Virus record (IMG/VR): IMGVR_UViG_3300018424_000013
Length of the DNA: 20,000 bases
Strand: one strand, 5' to 3'
Source of the DNA: an uncultured virus (IMG/VR IMGVR_UViG_3300018424_000013)
Taxonomy: Duplodnaviria > Heunggongvirae > Uroviricota > Caudoviricetes
Shown here: piece after piece, positions 1-8,747 of the stretch
Layout: each line of letters begins with the position of its first letter
Position numbering within the stretch: the first letter of the stretch is position 1
The notes under the pieces: generated by a model
What the model saw: only the letters and a program-made list of their open reading frames with translations
The model's database searches: none
Told to the model about the DNA's origin: nothing
Program-made: the position numbers and the translations under genes

Positions 1-88
1 TGACAGCATGACCTGCATTAGACATAGACTGAGTGCCAAAAGTTGCATCTAGAATTTGATTTAAAGCGCGTACGTGTTCAAGTTTCAT
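1..88 (-). CDS. Hypothetical protein, 5' part only (MKLEHVRALNQILDATFGTQSMSNAGHAV...), runs off the window edge
   Basis: ATG at 86-88 with GGAGA Shine-Dalgarno (96-100) 7 nt upstream; frame open to position 1; same strand as neighbours. Not in the ORF track because it is truncated. Confidence 0.75.
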   Translation of the reverse strand, partial: MKLEHVRALNQILDATFGTQSMSNAGHAV

Positions 89-112
89 GACTTATTCTCC
101 ATAGTAACACTA

Positions 113-382
113 CTAATTATTGTTTATTTTATTTCTTGCCTCATTAATTGTAGGTCTCCAGCCATTTTCCCATTTTTCCCTTTGAGGAAATTTAAAATGG
201 AGACAACATAGATAACAGCATCCTTCTTTTTTTAAAAAAACACAGTCTTTCTCTGACTGTAATGCTAAATTGCAAACTGGGCAATCGATTTCAGCTGCCC
301 AGCCTTTAGGTTTTATAATTATAACATTATCTTTTTTAGTCCACACTTTTTCATTCGTATGATATTTTAGCGTCTCTGCCAT
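113..382 (-). CDS. Small Cys-rich, putative zinc-binding hypothetical protein (about 89 aa)
   Basis: CPVC ... CCYLCC motifs and a C-terminal REKWENGWRP. ATG at 382 is preferred over 406 because GGAG lies 10 nt upstream; it overlaps the last 32 nt of the Mre11-Rad50 gene. GTG at 346 is an alternative start. Confidence 0.7.
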   Translation of the reverse strand: MAETLKYHTNEKVWTKKDNVIIIKPKGWAAEIDCPVCNLALQSEKDCVFLKKEGCCYLCCLHFKFPQREKWENGWRPTINEARNKINNN

Positions 383-3300
383 TTTTAGTAATCTCCAACA
401 TGTCATCTACTGAATCTTTTATTACATCGACATGAGATATAATCAATATTAACCTATAATATTTCTTAAATCTTTTTAGTAAACCACTAACAGCTTCAAT
501 ATTTTGTGGGTCAAGTGCACCAAAACCTTCATCGACAATAAACATATCTGATTTATTAAGTGATGACACATTTGACAAAGCAACTCTAAGAGCCATTGAC
601 GAAACCATTTTTTCCATACCAGAACCACACTCTATTGGTCTTCTGCTGTCACCATAATTGATAAATATATTAGTGTTCCTTTCATCTACTTCTAATTCAA
701 CAGTAAAACCAGTTACATCTTCTAAAATCCTGCTTAATTCTAGGTTGATAACAGGCATTTGTTTTTCCATTATAAAGGTAGGTATACCGCGCCAGCTAGT
801 TGCGCGCAAAAGAAAATCATAAACTGTCCACTCAACTTGCAAATCATCAAACTCTTTTTGATCTTGGATCAGTTTTTCAATTTGTCTTTGCTCGCTGCCC
901 ATATTTTGTAAAACAACATGCAACTTATTCTTCTTTTGCTTCTTCTGTGTAGTTACATCTGCAAGTTTTTTATTAATAGCTGATATTATAGCATTATCGC
1001 TATTCTCTAACAACAACTCAATGTTCTGTGCATCTTTTGTTTTCATTGCAATAGATTTCTCTATTTCTTTTTTTGCATATTTTAATGAAATTATTTGCTC
1101 CTTCAGTAATGCAATATTATTATTTACCTGAGATAGTTTGTTTTTAAGTGCATCATATTTCTTAATTTTATCTTTTAATTCAGTTTCGTCATATTCCGAT
1201 ATTTTTTCTTTTAAGTTATCTATATCACCTTTTAAACTTTTAACCAGTGTTTTTTGTTCTGACAAGAGCAGTTTATTCTTATGACTTTCCGCTATAAATT
1301 TACATGTAGGAAACTGATTACCACAGGGTACCTGGTTTAACAGTTTAACAGATTTTTTTTGATTATCTAATAACGAGTGTTCTTTACTATATTTTATCTT
1401 TATTTTAGAAATACTTGCATTAACACTATTGATTAAATCTAGCGTTTTGTGACAAAAGTCAATATCAACATTATTTAATATTTTTTTAGTATCAATAATA
1501 TACTTTAGCTGTTTTGATATTTGTTCTGATTTATCTTTTATTTCTTCATTTACACTATCTAATTTCTTATTTTCTTTTTTTATAAGTTTTTGCAAATTGA
1601 TCAGAGAATTTGGATCAACAAAATCTTTATTTTCACTCTTGGCCTCTGATTTTATTTTATCATATTCCGCTGTTAATTCACCAATATCAAACTTGAGTTT
1701 TTCTTTATTAATTTCCAAATTTTTTAAATTTTCTTTACATGCTAAAATTTCTTTTTCCCAATCTTTTTGCTCATATCTTTTCATCAAAGATTTAATGCCA
1801 GCGGATTCCTCTCTAATAACAGAAGATAAGTTATCGTAAACATCTAAACCTAAAAATGAGCTCAAAGTCTTCTTCCTATCAGTTGCGCCTTTGTTAATAA
1901 AATTATTCATATTACCTTGCGCAGCAAAAGAAGTCATCATAAATTCATCTGGGGAACCTATCAATTCACGTAAAGATTTTTCGGTGTCCTTTCTTTGTTC
2001 GCCTGATAAATCTCTAACAATGTTTTCATCATTGTCTATTTCAAATAAGTTTAGATACGACATAGCACCTTCGCCTCGAGGATTTCTATATCTAACCGAT
2101 TGTCTTTCCAACCTATATGGTTTTCCATTAACAGTAAAAACAACATCAGCATTACATTCCTGAGATCTATTGTTTATTACATGCATTATAGAAGTCAAAC
2201 CTCTATCGTTGGAATTAAACAAGGAATACATTAATGTTCCTGGTATAGATGATTTTCCACACCGGTTTTTGCCAAACAAACCTACAATGCCATTTAATTT
2301 GCTAAAATTTATAGTGTTATCTTTACCATAACCAAATGTATTATCAAAATTCATCTTTTTTACTGACCACTTTGCTGATCTAAAATCAGATATAGATTTT
2401 AAATTAGGCACTAGCTCATCAACTATTTTATCAACCTTGTTCCAAAAAACCTCATCTTTGTGAGATTCGTCAGCAGAATATTCTCTTAACAATCTCTTAT
2501 GAGTATCCGGATTTGACAAGTCTTCTAATTTTACTTTATTTGTTTGGTCTACTGTTAAACCTGTTTTATCGTTTCTTAAATCTATTTTATATACTACTTC
2601 TTCTGCATTGTGTTCCCTTCTTAGTTTGTTACTTAGTTTTCTTTGTGTTTTAGGGTCTAAATTTTCATATGCCCTTATTCTAAATCTAGATTTTTTTGGC
2701 CAGTTAGTCATACAATTAAATGAAGTACTGTCTATATCACCAGCCCAATCTACAGTTACAAACGGAACATTATGTTTAACTTTTTTAAACTCAACAGTGA
2801 AATTATCTTTATCCACAATGTCCCACAGAAGAAAACCCTTGTCCATGGATTCGCCATAATTTTGCTGAATTGTAGATCCGCAATACCATACACGACCTTC
2901 TTTATCAAGTTGTTGTGTTTTATGAATATCACCTAGCATTGTAAAGTCAAATGGTTTAAATAGTGACATTCCTGTTTCACCATCTAACATGTAATTTGTG
3001 TCAGTATGTGAACCCCAAACAGCACCGTGATATAATGCAATATTTATATTGCCATTATTCTTTGGCACAACGTTACTGTAATTCAATTCATCAAAAGGAC
3101 TGAATACGCACCAGTTAACTCCAAGCTTATCACAAGGAAAAACACCGGAGTCCCTATACAAATGCACATTTGGAAGATTTAAGGCTCTTAAAATAGGACT
3201 GATGGCATCTTGTCTATCAGTGTTAAGTACAAGTCCATCATGGTTACCTAGCATTACATACGTATCACATATATTATTCATCTCAGTAAACCACCATCTT

Positions 3301-3482
3301 AAGCAATCAATAAGCTCAGGTGAAATACCTTGTGTTTTATTATGTACAATGTCACCAGCTACAACGATTGCATCCGGCTTAATCATTTTACATTGATTAA
3401 ACATGTCTGTGAAACTATCTTTATATTCTTTATGACGCGTCAGACCACGCCAATGAACATCAGCAATATGAACAATCTTCAT
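351..3482 (-). CDS. Fused Mre11/SbcD-type metallophosphoesterase nuclease and Rad50/SbcC-type ABC ATPase (phage gp47-gp46-like recombination exonuclease), 1043 aa
   Basis: N-terminal phosphoesterase motifs: HIADVH, VAGDIVH, LGNHD, LYHG, LGDIH, YCGS..Q.NYGE...KG. C-terminal ATPase motifs: Walker A GKNRCGKS, Q-loop FAAQG, long coiled coil with central Cys pair, signature-like GSGMEK, Walker B/D-loop FIVDEGFGALD, H-loop IISH. One uninterrupted ORF. Confidence 0.93.
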   Translation of the reverse strand: MKIVHIADVHWRGLTRHKEYKDSFTDMFNQCKMIKPDAIVVAGDIVHNKTQGISPELIDCLRWWFTEMNNICDTYVMLGNHDGLVLNTDRQDAISPILRALNLPNVHLYRDSGVFPCDKLGVNWCVFSPFDELNYSNVVPKNNGNINIALYHGAVWGSHTDTNYMLDGETGMSLFKPFDFTMLGDIHKTQQLDKEGRVWYCGSTIQQNYGESMDKGFLLWDIVDKDNFTVEFKKVKHNVPFVTVDWAGDIDSTSFNCMTNWPKKSRFRIRAYENLDPKTQRKLSNKLRREHNAEEVVYKIDLRNDKTGLTVDQTNKVKLEDLSNPDTHKRLLREYSADESHKDEVFWNKVDKIVDELVPNLKSISDFRSAKWSVKKMNFDNTFGYGKDNTINFSKLNGIVGLFGKNRCGKSSIPGTLMYSLFNSNDRGLTSIMHVINNRSQECNADVVFTVNGKPYRLERQSVRYRNPRGEGAMSYLNLFEIDNDENIVRDLSGEQRKDTEKSLRELIGSPDEFMMTSFAAQGNMNNFINKGATDRKKTLSSFLGLDVYDNLSSVIREESAGIKSLMKRYEQKDWEKEILACKENLKNLEINKEKLKFDIGELTAEYDKIKSEAKSENKDFVDPNSLINLQKLIKKENKKLDSVNEEIKDKSEQISKQLKYIIDTKKILNNVDIDFCHKTLDLINSVNASISKIKIKYSKEHSLLDNQKKSVKLLNQVPCGNQFPTCKFIAESHKNKLLLSEQKTLVKSLKGDIDNLKEKISEYDETELKDKIKKYDALKNKLSQVNNNIALLKEQIISLKYAKKEIEKSIAMKTKDAQNIELLLENSDNAIISAINKKLADVTTQKKQKKNKLHVVLQNMGSEQRQIEKLIQDQKEFDDLQVEWTVYDFLLRATSWRGIPTFIMEKQMPVINLELSRILEDVTGFTVELEVDERNTNIFINYGDSRRPIECGSGMEKMVSSMALRVALSNVSSLNKSDMFIVDEGFGALDPQNIEAVSGLLKRFKKYYRLILIISHVDVIKDSVDDMLEITKNGRDAKISYE

Positions 3483-4405
3483 AACATTTTTATCCTTTGC
3501 AACAGTGCGCTTTTTTCAGACCATGGTGTTGATTTTTTATAAACATCTAGAACTTGATCTGGGTTTAAATCACCAATATCACCATTTTCAACAGTGACAT
3601 GTGAAACGTTTACATTATATTCTACTAAGTTTTTAGCAATTTTATTTTTCTTTTTTTCCGCATCAATGTCTAAACAAAGTATCACATGTGTGTTATTTTT
3701 AACAATATTGTAAAACAACATATCATTCTCTTTAAGACTTGAACCTAATATGCATGTTGCATTTAAATGTTTACATTTTACCAAATCTAAGGGCCCTTCT
3801 ACTACAAACAATGGTTTAGACCAATCAACATCTATTTCATTAAAAACGATATTCGTTTTTTTAATTTGTGCGTTTAAGTACTTATAATTATTGTCTTTTT
3901 GTATTGTGCGAGCTGCCCAGTAATTAATATCACCATCTACATCAAAGCTAGGTATTATTAAGCGGTTTCTCAACTTAAAATCTTTGTTTGTATAACCTAA
4001 TCTATATCTCCACATAAGATCTTCTGTTATTCCACGCTCTTCACAATATTTCTTTATTGCTTTAGCATCAGGGTCCCACAAAGACTCCATTACTAATCTA
4101 AAACCTTCAGGTAATTCTGTTTTAGTAACTACAACTTCTTTTTCTATAGAGTATTTTGAATTACCAAATTTGTTAATATAATCTGATAGCAAACCAGAAT
4201 TAACTTTTTTAATAAGAAAGCTTAAGTTTCTACCTTTTATATCGCAGACCCAACAATGAAAATAATCAGTGTCAGTTCTTATAGCCAACTTTTTCTTTGT
4301 GCTACCAGGTTTAGAACAAAAAGGACAACGCACGGAGATCTCATTACCACCATGCTTTTTTATTGGGCCGAATATCTTCTGTAGGTATTTTAGTTTATCA
4401 TGCAT
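3479..4405 (-). CDS. Phage DnaG-type DNA primase (C4 zinc-binding domain plus TOPRIM), 308 aa
   Basis: CPFC...FHCWVC zinc ribbon; YCEERGI, YRLGY, RLIIP, YWAAR, KYLN primase-core motifs; TOPRIM VVEGPLD and CLDID. Its stop overlaps the next start (ATGA, 3479-3482). Confidence 0.88.
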   Translation of the reverse strand: MHDKLKYLQKIFGPIKKHGGNEISVRCPFCSKPGSTKKKLAIRTDTDYFHCWVCDIKGRNLSFLIKKVNSGLLSDYINKFGNSKYSIEKEVVVTKTELPEGFRLVMESLWDPDAKAIKKYCEERGITEDLMWRYRLGYTNKDFKLRNRLIIPSFDVDGDINYWAARTIQKDNNYKYLNAQIKKTNIVFNEIDVDWSKPLFVVEGPLDLVKCKHLNATCILGSSLKENDMLFYNIVKNNTHVILCLDIDAEKKKNKIAKNLVEYNVNVSHVTVENGDIGDLNPDQVLDVYKKSTPWSEKSALLQRIKML

Positions 4406-4411
4406 GAATAT

Positions 4412-4420
4412 ACTATAACA
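4412..4420 (-). promoter_or_regulatory. Putative extended -10 promoter (TGtTATAGT) just upstream of the primase ATG
   Basis: Minus strand reads TTTTTTG-T-TATAGT-ATATTC-ATG; the ATG sits where +1 would be expected and no SD is present. The -35 region is weak. Confidence 0.4.
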
Positions 4421-4425
4421 AAAAA

Positions 4426-4971
4426 TTAATTTTGTATAAGTATTTGGCCAGCACTAGCAATTACCCAAGCATCCGACATGTCTCTTGCTTCCGCCACTAT
4501 AATTTCTGTGCCTTTTCTAGGCCCACTTTTCAAAACTTTTTTAGGCCAAGGATACAGTAGTTTATTATTCACCCAGTTAAAAACTTGTTCTTTGATAGGA
4601 ATGCCACATTTTTTTACGGTAACAGTTTTTATTCCCAAGGACTTTCTAGCTCTATTGACGTTAATTAAATGCACCTCTTTTTGGGTAGCTTTGTAACATA
4701 TAAACTGTATTATTCCATTAAAGCTATAAAGGGTTGTTATGGTTTTTGCTGAAGACATACCTTTCCCAAAACCTAAAAAAGGTTCTTCGACATATATTTC
4801 TTCAACGTCGTTTTTACTTAACAGTATTGTTAACCACTCTTCAAAAATCTTTGCTTTTTCCATTAAAGTTTTTTTTGAAGAGAATTTGATATAATGCATT
4901 GCTTTTATATCTTCGCCTTCTTTAAGACAATAGCCTATACAAGAAGTACTTACATCTAAACCTAAAATCAT
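4426..4971 (-). CDS. RuvC-like (RNase H fold) Holliday junction resolvase, 181 aa
   Basis: N-terminal ILGLDVSTSCIG (catalytic Asp), IYVEE (catalytic Glu), C-terminal DMSDA (two Asp); size typical of phage RuvC-like resolvases. Start overlaps the upstream stop (TAATG). Confidence 0.82.
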   Translation of the reverse strand: MILGLDVSTSCIGYCLKEGEDIKAMHYIKFSSKKTLMEKAKIFEEWLTILLSKNDVEEIYVEEPFLGFGKGMSSAKTITTLYSFNGIIQFICYKATQKEVHLINVNRARKSLGIKTVTVKKCGIPIKEQVFNWVNNKLLYPWPKKVLKSGPRKGTEIIVAEARDMSDAWVIASAGQILIQN

Positions 4972-7397
4972 TAAAAATCCAATCTTAATCTTATTAAATA
5001 TTTGTCATTCGGCTGTTTTATTATTGGTTGTGCTAAAGTTGCTTTAGCTATTACGTTTAGATTGCTGTCATGCAAATTAACTCGAGTTATGTATACAAAA
5101 CTATTATCTTCTTCATGTACATAATCACTTGGCTTTAAAGATTGGTAATTAGGGTTAGATGAGCTAGTGAACAAGCCTCTTTGCACGGGTAGGTTATATT
5201 CTTTTACAAATACTTGGTTTTCACCTCTAAACTCAATATAAAACTCATAATCAAATATATTATACAGAGTAGGATTAGTAATTACAATTATTCCTGTAGA
5301 ATAATCTATTTTGCCAATTTGATGTCTTTTTGCAGGAGTAGTAGAATCTGATCTGTAAAAAGCTCCACTTGTATCATCCACTAAAGTGATACTATATTCA
5401 TCATCATAAGGTTTGCCTCTTATAATAACACTGCCTGGCTTAATTCTTTCACCATAAAATATTTGTGGTATGGTAATCATGATGTACGTATTATTTGATT
5501 TATCAAACTTATTTGCAACGTTAAACCAGCCGCTAAAAAATTCTGGTCTAGCTATAACTTCTTGTGCTTTCGTAGCACCACTGTTTTCAGCTGAAAATAA
5601 CTTGACAACATCAGCATACACTTCATCAGCAATCATGTACAAAGAATTTTTATCATCAACAACAGCTACATCTAGTGTTTTTATTTTATTAACATCATTA
5701 TTATAATATGAACCTGATTGAACGTTGCCGTTTAAAAACGGAGTCGCATTAAATGTAAAATCATAATTATCACTGGGTAATATTGTTAGATTTCTTTTAT
5801 TACGTAACAGATTATCTTGAAAGTAACTACCGGTAAAACTGTGACAATTTTTATATAATGTGCGAGCTTCAGATTCGGAAAGCAAATGCAAGAAAGGATA
5901 ATTTTTTGTTTTATATTCTTTTAGAAAATTAGCAATATTAACATTAGCAAAACCACCAATGTGCGCATGATTTATATTGTTAATATACGAACCTGATCTA
6001 ACTTCCCAAGTTGTGTCAATATTCCAAAAATCAGTCAAATTATTAGAAGCAGCAATATTACTTTGGTTGTTTTTTAACACATTAGAATAAACTTGTGGGC
6101 CATTAGAATTAAACAAAAGCGGCAAATAAAACTTAAAATTGTCCATTGACCCAGTATATGATGTGTATCTGTCAGCAATATATTCATTTGTTTTTGCACC
6201 AGTTTCAATCTTTATTTCATGCATTTCAGCATTTAAACAATGCGAAATAAGCGGTGATATGTCAAATCCATCGACTGTTTCACTAGTAAATTCAACACCC
6301 TGTGTAACGCCATTTGCACCAAATATTTTATCTTGATCAGCTGTACTACCAGTAAAAAAACCACCTAATAATATTGCATTACTTGTACTGGTCGTAACAC
6401 TTGCTAAAGGCGTAAAATTATTTGCTTGTTTGTTATAGTCTAATTGAATTACCGGCTCCCCACTATTATAATTAGGTGACCATTTAAACAAATAATTTGT
6501 CCATTCCCCAGCTGTTAAGTACCCGCTGCTTCTATATCCATGAGTTCCCAAAGACACATTTTCTGGATTGCTAATACTGTTTCCTAACTGAGTAACTATT
6601 TCAAGCTTATCACTGTATCCATTTTCGTCATATGTAACTGGGTGTATTGAGACAGCATATTGATCCAAATGGTGCAATATACCTTCAGACCCCGTACAAA
6701 ACTTAGATGGCTTTATCCAAAATGATATAGTAATACCATCAGAATCTAAGTTATAAGCATTATTTGAATTATAATAAAATATGCCATGCTTTTCAGTTGT
6801 TTTTTGCTTTAAATTTAATACATGAGCGTTATCAATATATTCATTTAAATAATTTAAAGCTGATATATTATTGCCACTATCGTACATGTTTTTGTAAATC
6901 ATACTGGCAGAAGAGAAAAGAGAGTTGCCAGGTGACAGTATTCGAATATCTTTTTTAGTTGCATTTCTAGGATGCATACCAAAATCTGAATATCCTTTAT
7001 GCGCAAAGTTTAAATTCAGCTGACTATTAGGGGAAATTTCTGGTGGCCAGTTTGCTTGACTTTCATATGCACTAGCACCATCTAACAACAAAGCAAGAGC
7101 TGTTTCATGATTAGTTGCACCAGTTTTTCCTATGCCAACATTGCCTTGGTATATTTCCTGTCTACGACGCTCAAAAGTATTAACGTGAAAAGGTTGCACC
7201 AATGCTTCACCATTAGGTCCAACTCCGCCAAGTCCTTCACGCAAATCTATTGAATCTTTCTGTGTATCACTTCTATTAACAAATACAAATACAGAACCAG
7301 TAACACCACTTACACTAGATGAAGTAAAACTTCTAAATCCGTTCAGTACTGTGTTATAAGTTGTTTCATAAGATTTGCTAAACTTTATAAATGCCAT
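4971..7397 (-). CDS. Putative virion baseplate/tail protein with central LamG/concanavalin-like domain and C-terminal RLDF domain, 808 aa
   Basis: LamG-like pattern ITISFWIKP...GEWTNYLFKW...ILLGG...AEMHEIKI; IKPGSV...LVDD.SG...IGKIDYSTG resembles baseplate-wedge motifs; C-terminus YITRVNLHDSNLNVIAKATLAQPIIK...IRLRLDF is paralogous to 7400-8737. Confidence 0.6.
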   Translation of the reverse strand: MAFIKFSKSYETTYNTVLNGFRSFTSSSVSGVTGSVFVFVNRSDTQKDSIDLREGLGGVGPNGEALVQPFHVNTFERRRQEIYQGNVGIGKTGATNHETALALLLDGASAYESQANWPPEISPNSQLNLNFAHKGYSDFGMHPRNATKKDIRILSPGNSLFSSASMIYKNMYDSGNNISALNYLNEYIDNAHVLNLKQKTTEKHGIFYYNSNNAYNLDSDGITISFWIKPSKFCTGSEGILHHLDQYAVSIHPVTYDENGYSDKLEIVTQLGNSISNPENVSLGTHGYRSSGYLTAGEWTNYLFKWSPNYNSGEPVIQLDYNKQANNFTPLASVTTSTSNAILLGGFFTGSTADQDKIFGANGVTQGVEFTSETVDGFDISPLISHCLNAEMHEIKIETGAKTNEYIADRYTSYTGSMDNFKFYLPLLFNSNGPQVYSNVLKNNQSNIAASNNLTDFWNIDTTWEVRSGSYINNINHAHIGGFANVNIANFLKEYKTKNYPFLHLLSESEARTLYKNCHSFTGSYFQDNLLRNKRNLTILPSDNYDFTFNATPFLNGNVQSGSYYNNDVNKIKTLDVAVVDDKNSLYMIADEVYADVVKLFSAENSGATKAQEVIARPEFFSGWFNVANKFDKSNNTYIMITIPQIFYGERIKPGSVIIRGKPYDDEYSITLVDDTSGAFYRSDSTTPAKRHQIGKIDYSTGIIVITNPTLYNIFDYEFYIEFRGENQVFVKEYNLPVQRGLFTSSSNPNYQSLKPSDYVHEEDNSFVYITRVNLHDSNLNVIAKATLAQPIIKQPNDKYLIRLRLDF

Positions 7398-7399
7398 TT

Positions 7400-8737
7400 C
7401 TAAAAATCTAAACGTACTTTAATTGTAAGCTGTGTTTGATTATCCTTCTCTAAAGGTCTAGACATTTTCGCAACAGCTAATAATTCTTCCGAGTCATTAT
7501 ACAACCCAACCCCAGTAATATAAACAAATGCTGAATCACCAGTTTCTTCGATTGTATTAATAGACCCATCAGATGTAATAAAAGTAGGGTTACTACTAAA
7601 ATTAAATTGGTCTGCCTGTGCATTACAAAAATATATTGTACTTTCAATATTTGTCTGATTTTGAAAAGCAGTCGCTGTTAAGGACCCAGATTGAAAACGT
7701 CCAGTTGAAATATGATCAATGACATTGTCGATAGAAGCTGAGCAAACAAAATCAGGTATAAATGTTGCACTGGCATTTCCACCGCCATCAGCTTCACCTA
7801 TAGAAATTTCCCCGGCAGTTACTGCTCCAGCGCTAGCACCAGTATAGGAAGTATTATTCATGCCATCTATAACCCCAAGAATGTGTTGATCAGGGTCAAA
7901 AATTTTCTTCATATCTAAAACAGCCACACCAGCATCATAAAATATTAATCCAGCATTTTCTGTTGTATTGTCAGCAAACTTAAGTTGTGCGCAATCTCCG
8001 GCATTGCTTAATCGTAAATTAGATGTAGCAGATATATCAGCAACAATTCTATTTCCTAAAATAGAAGAAGTGCATTCGCCTTTGATGCCAACATTTGGTA
8101 CAGCACCACTATCATTAGAACTAAGACTAGCACTTCTGTATATACGCATTGCAAATGTTTCTTTTCTAATTGCATCCCGCGCAAACAATCTTTTAATATC
8201 TAAAAACAAAGCTGTTCCTATTAAGTTGGAATTTGCATTAATGGATGAAGCTGCAAAGGTAGTATTTAGATTATTAGCCGGGAAGTTATCACCTAAATAA
8301 AACCCTGCTTCGGAGTCACCCAAGAGCACTTTTGCGTGTTGTCTATAAATGTCAATTTTTTCACGCATCATCAAGCTTGAACTCGGATACAAGGGCCGGT
8401 TGTTACTATTTACACTAGTGCAAATATCCATTGCTGGTGCATTTCCCCCACTGGCTTCACCGGCATCAAAGGCTGTTTTATTGAAAAACATTCCCATTGT
8501 CATATCCATAATAGGATTTGCTGTTTGCAAACTAAAATCTTGATCAAACACGGTTTGAAATAACGATGAAGTAACTCCGGGGCCAATGCCACCAGTTACA
8601 AATACCTGATATTTTTTTCTTGTAACACTGCCGCTAATATCTTCTTGAATTACATCAATAAGTTGATTAAGCTTTGTTCTAGTAGAAGTTTGGTTTCCCA
8701 ATCCACCATCTTCAAAATTACCAAATTTAATTGCCAT
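7400..8737 (-). CDS. Putative virion baseplate/tail protein with C-terminal RLDF domain, 445 aa
   Basis: GGGAG SD upstream; C-terminus FNFSSNPTF...YITGVGLYNDSEELLAVAKMSRPLEK...IKVRLDF resembles the C-terminal half of tail-fibre collar (DUF3751-like) domains; paralog of 4971-7397. Confidence 0.6.
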   Translation of the reverse strand: MAIKFGNFEDGGLGNQTSTRTKLNQLIDVIQEDISGSVTRKKYQVFVTGGIGPGVTSSLFQTVFDQDFSLQTANPIMDMTMGMFFNKTAFDAGEASGGNAPAMDICTSVNSNNRPLYPSSSLMMREKIDIYRQHAKVLLGDSEAGFYLGDNFPANNLNTTFAASSINANSNLIGTALFLDIKRLFARDAIRKETFAMRIYRSASLSSNDSGAVPNVGIKGECTSSILGNRIVADISATSNLRLSNAGDCAQLKFADNTTENAGLIFYDAGVAVLDMKKIFDPDQHILGVIDGMNNTSYTGASAGAVTAGEISIGEADGGGNASATFIPDFVCSASIDNVIDHISTGRFQSGSLTATAFQNQTNIESTIYFCNAQADQFNFSSNPTFITSDGSINTIEETGDSAFVYITGVGLYNDSEELLAVAKMSRPLEKDNQTQLTIKVRLDF

Positions 8738-8747
8738 TGTTTACTCC

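Noticed and set aside
383..406. Longer N-terminus of the Cys-rich ORF (start at 406)
   Set aside because: It overlaps the MR gene more deeply and has no clear SD, whereas the ATG at 382 has one.
4426..4971. RuvC domain as a TnpB/Cas12/IscB effector or transposase
   Set aside because: It is only 181 aa with a contiguous resolvase-type RuvC, and there is no CRISPR array, room for an adjacent ncRNA, or terminal repeats.
351..4971. Anti-phage defence system (ATPase + TOPRIM + nuclease, as in Wadjet, Lamassu, Gabija or OLD)
   Set aside because: The TOPRIM protein has a primase zinc ribbon and core, and the ATPase is fused to an Mre11-type nuclease. A phage replication/recombination module explains this better.
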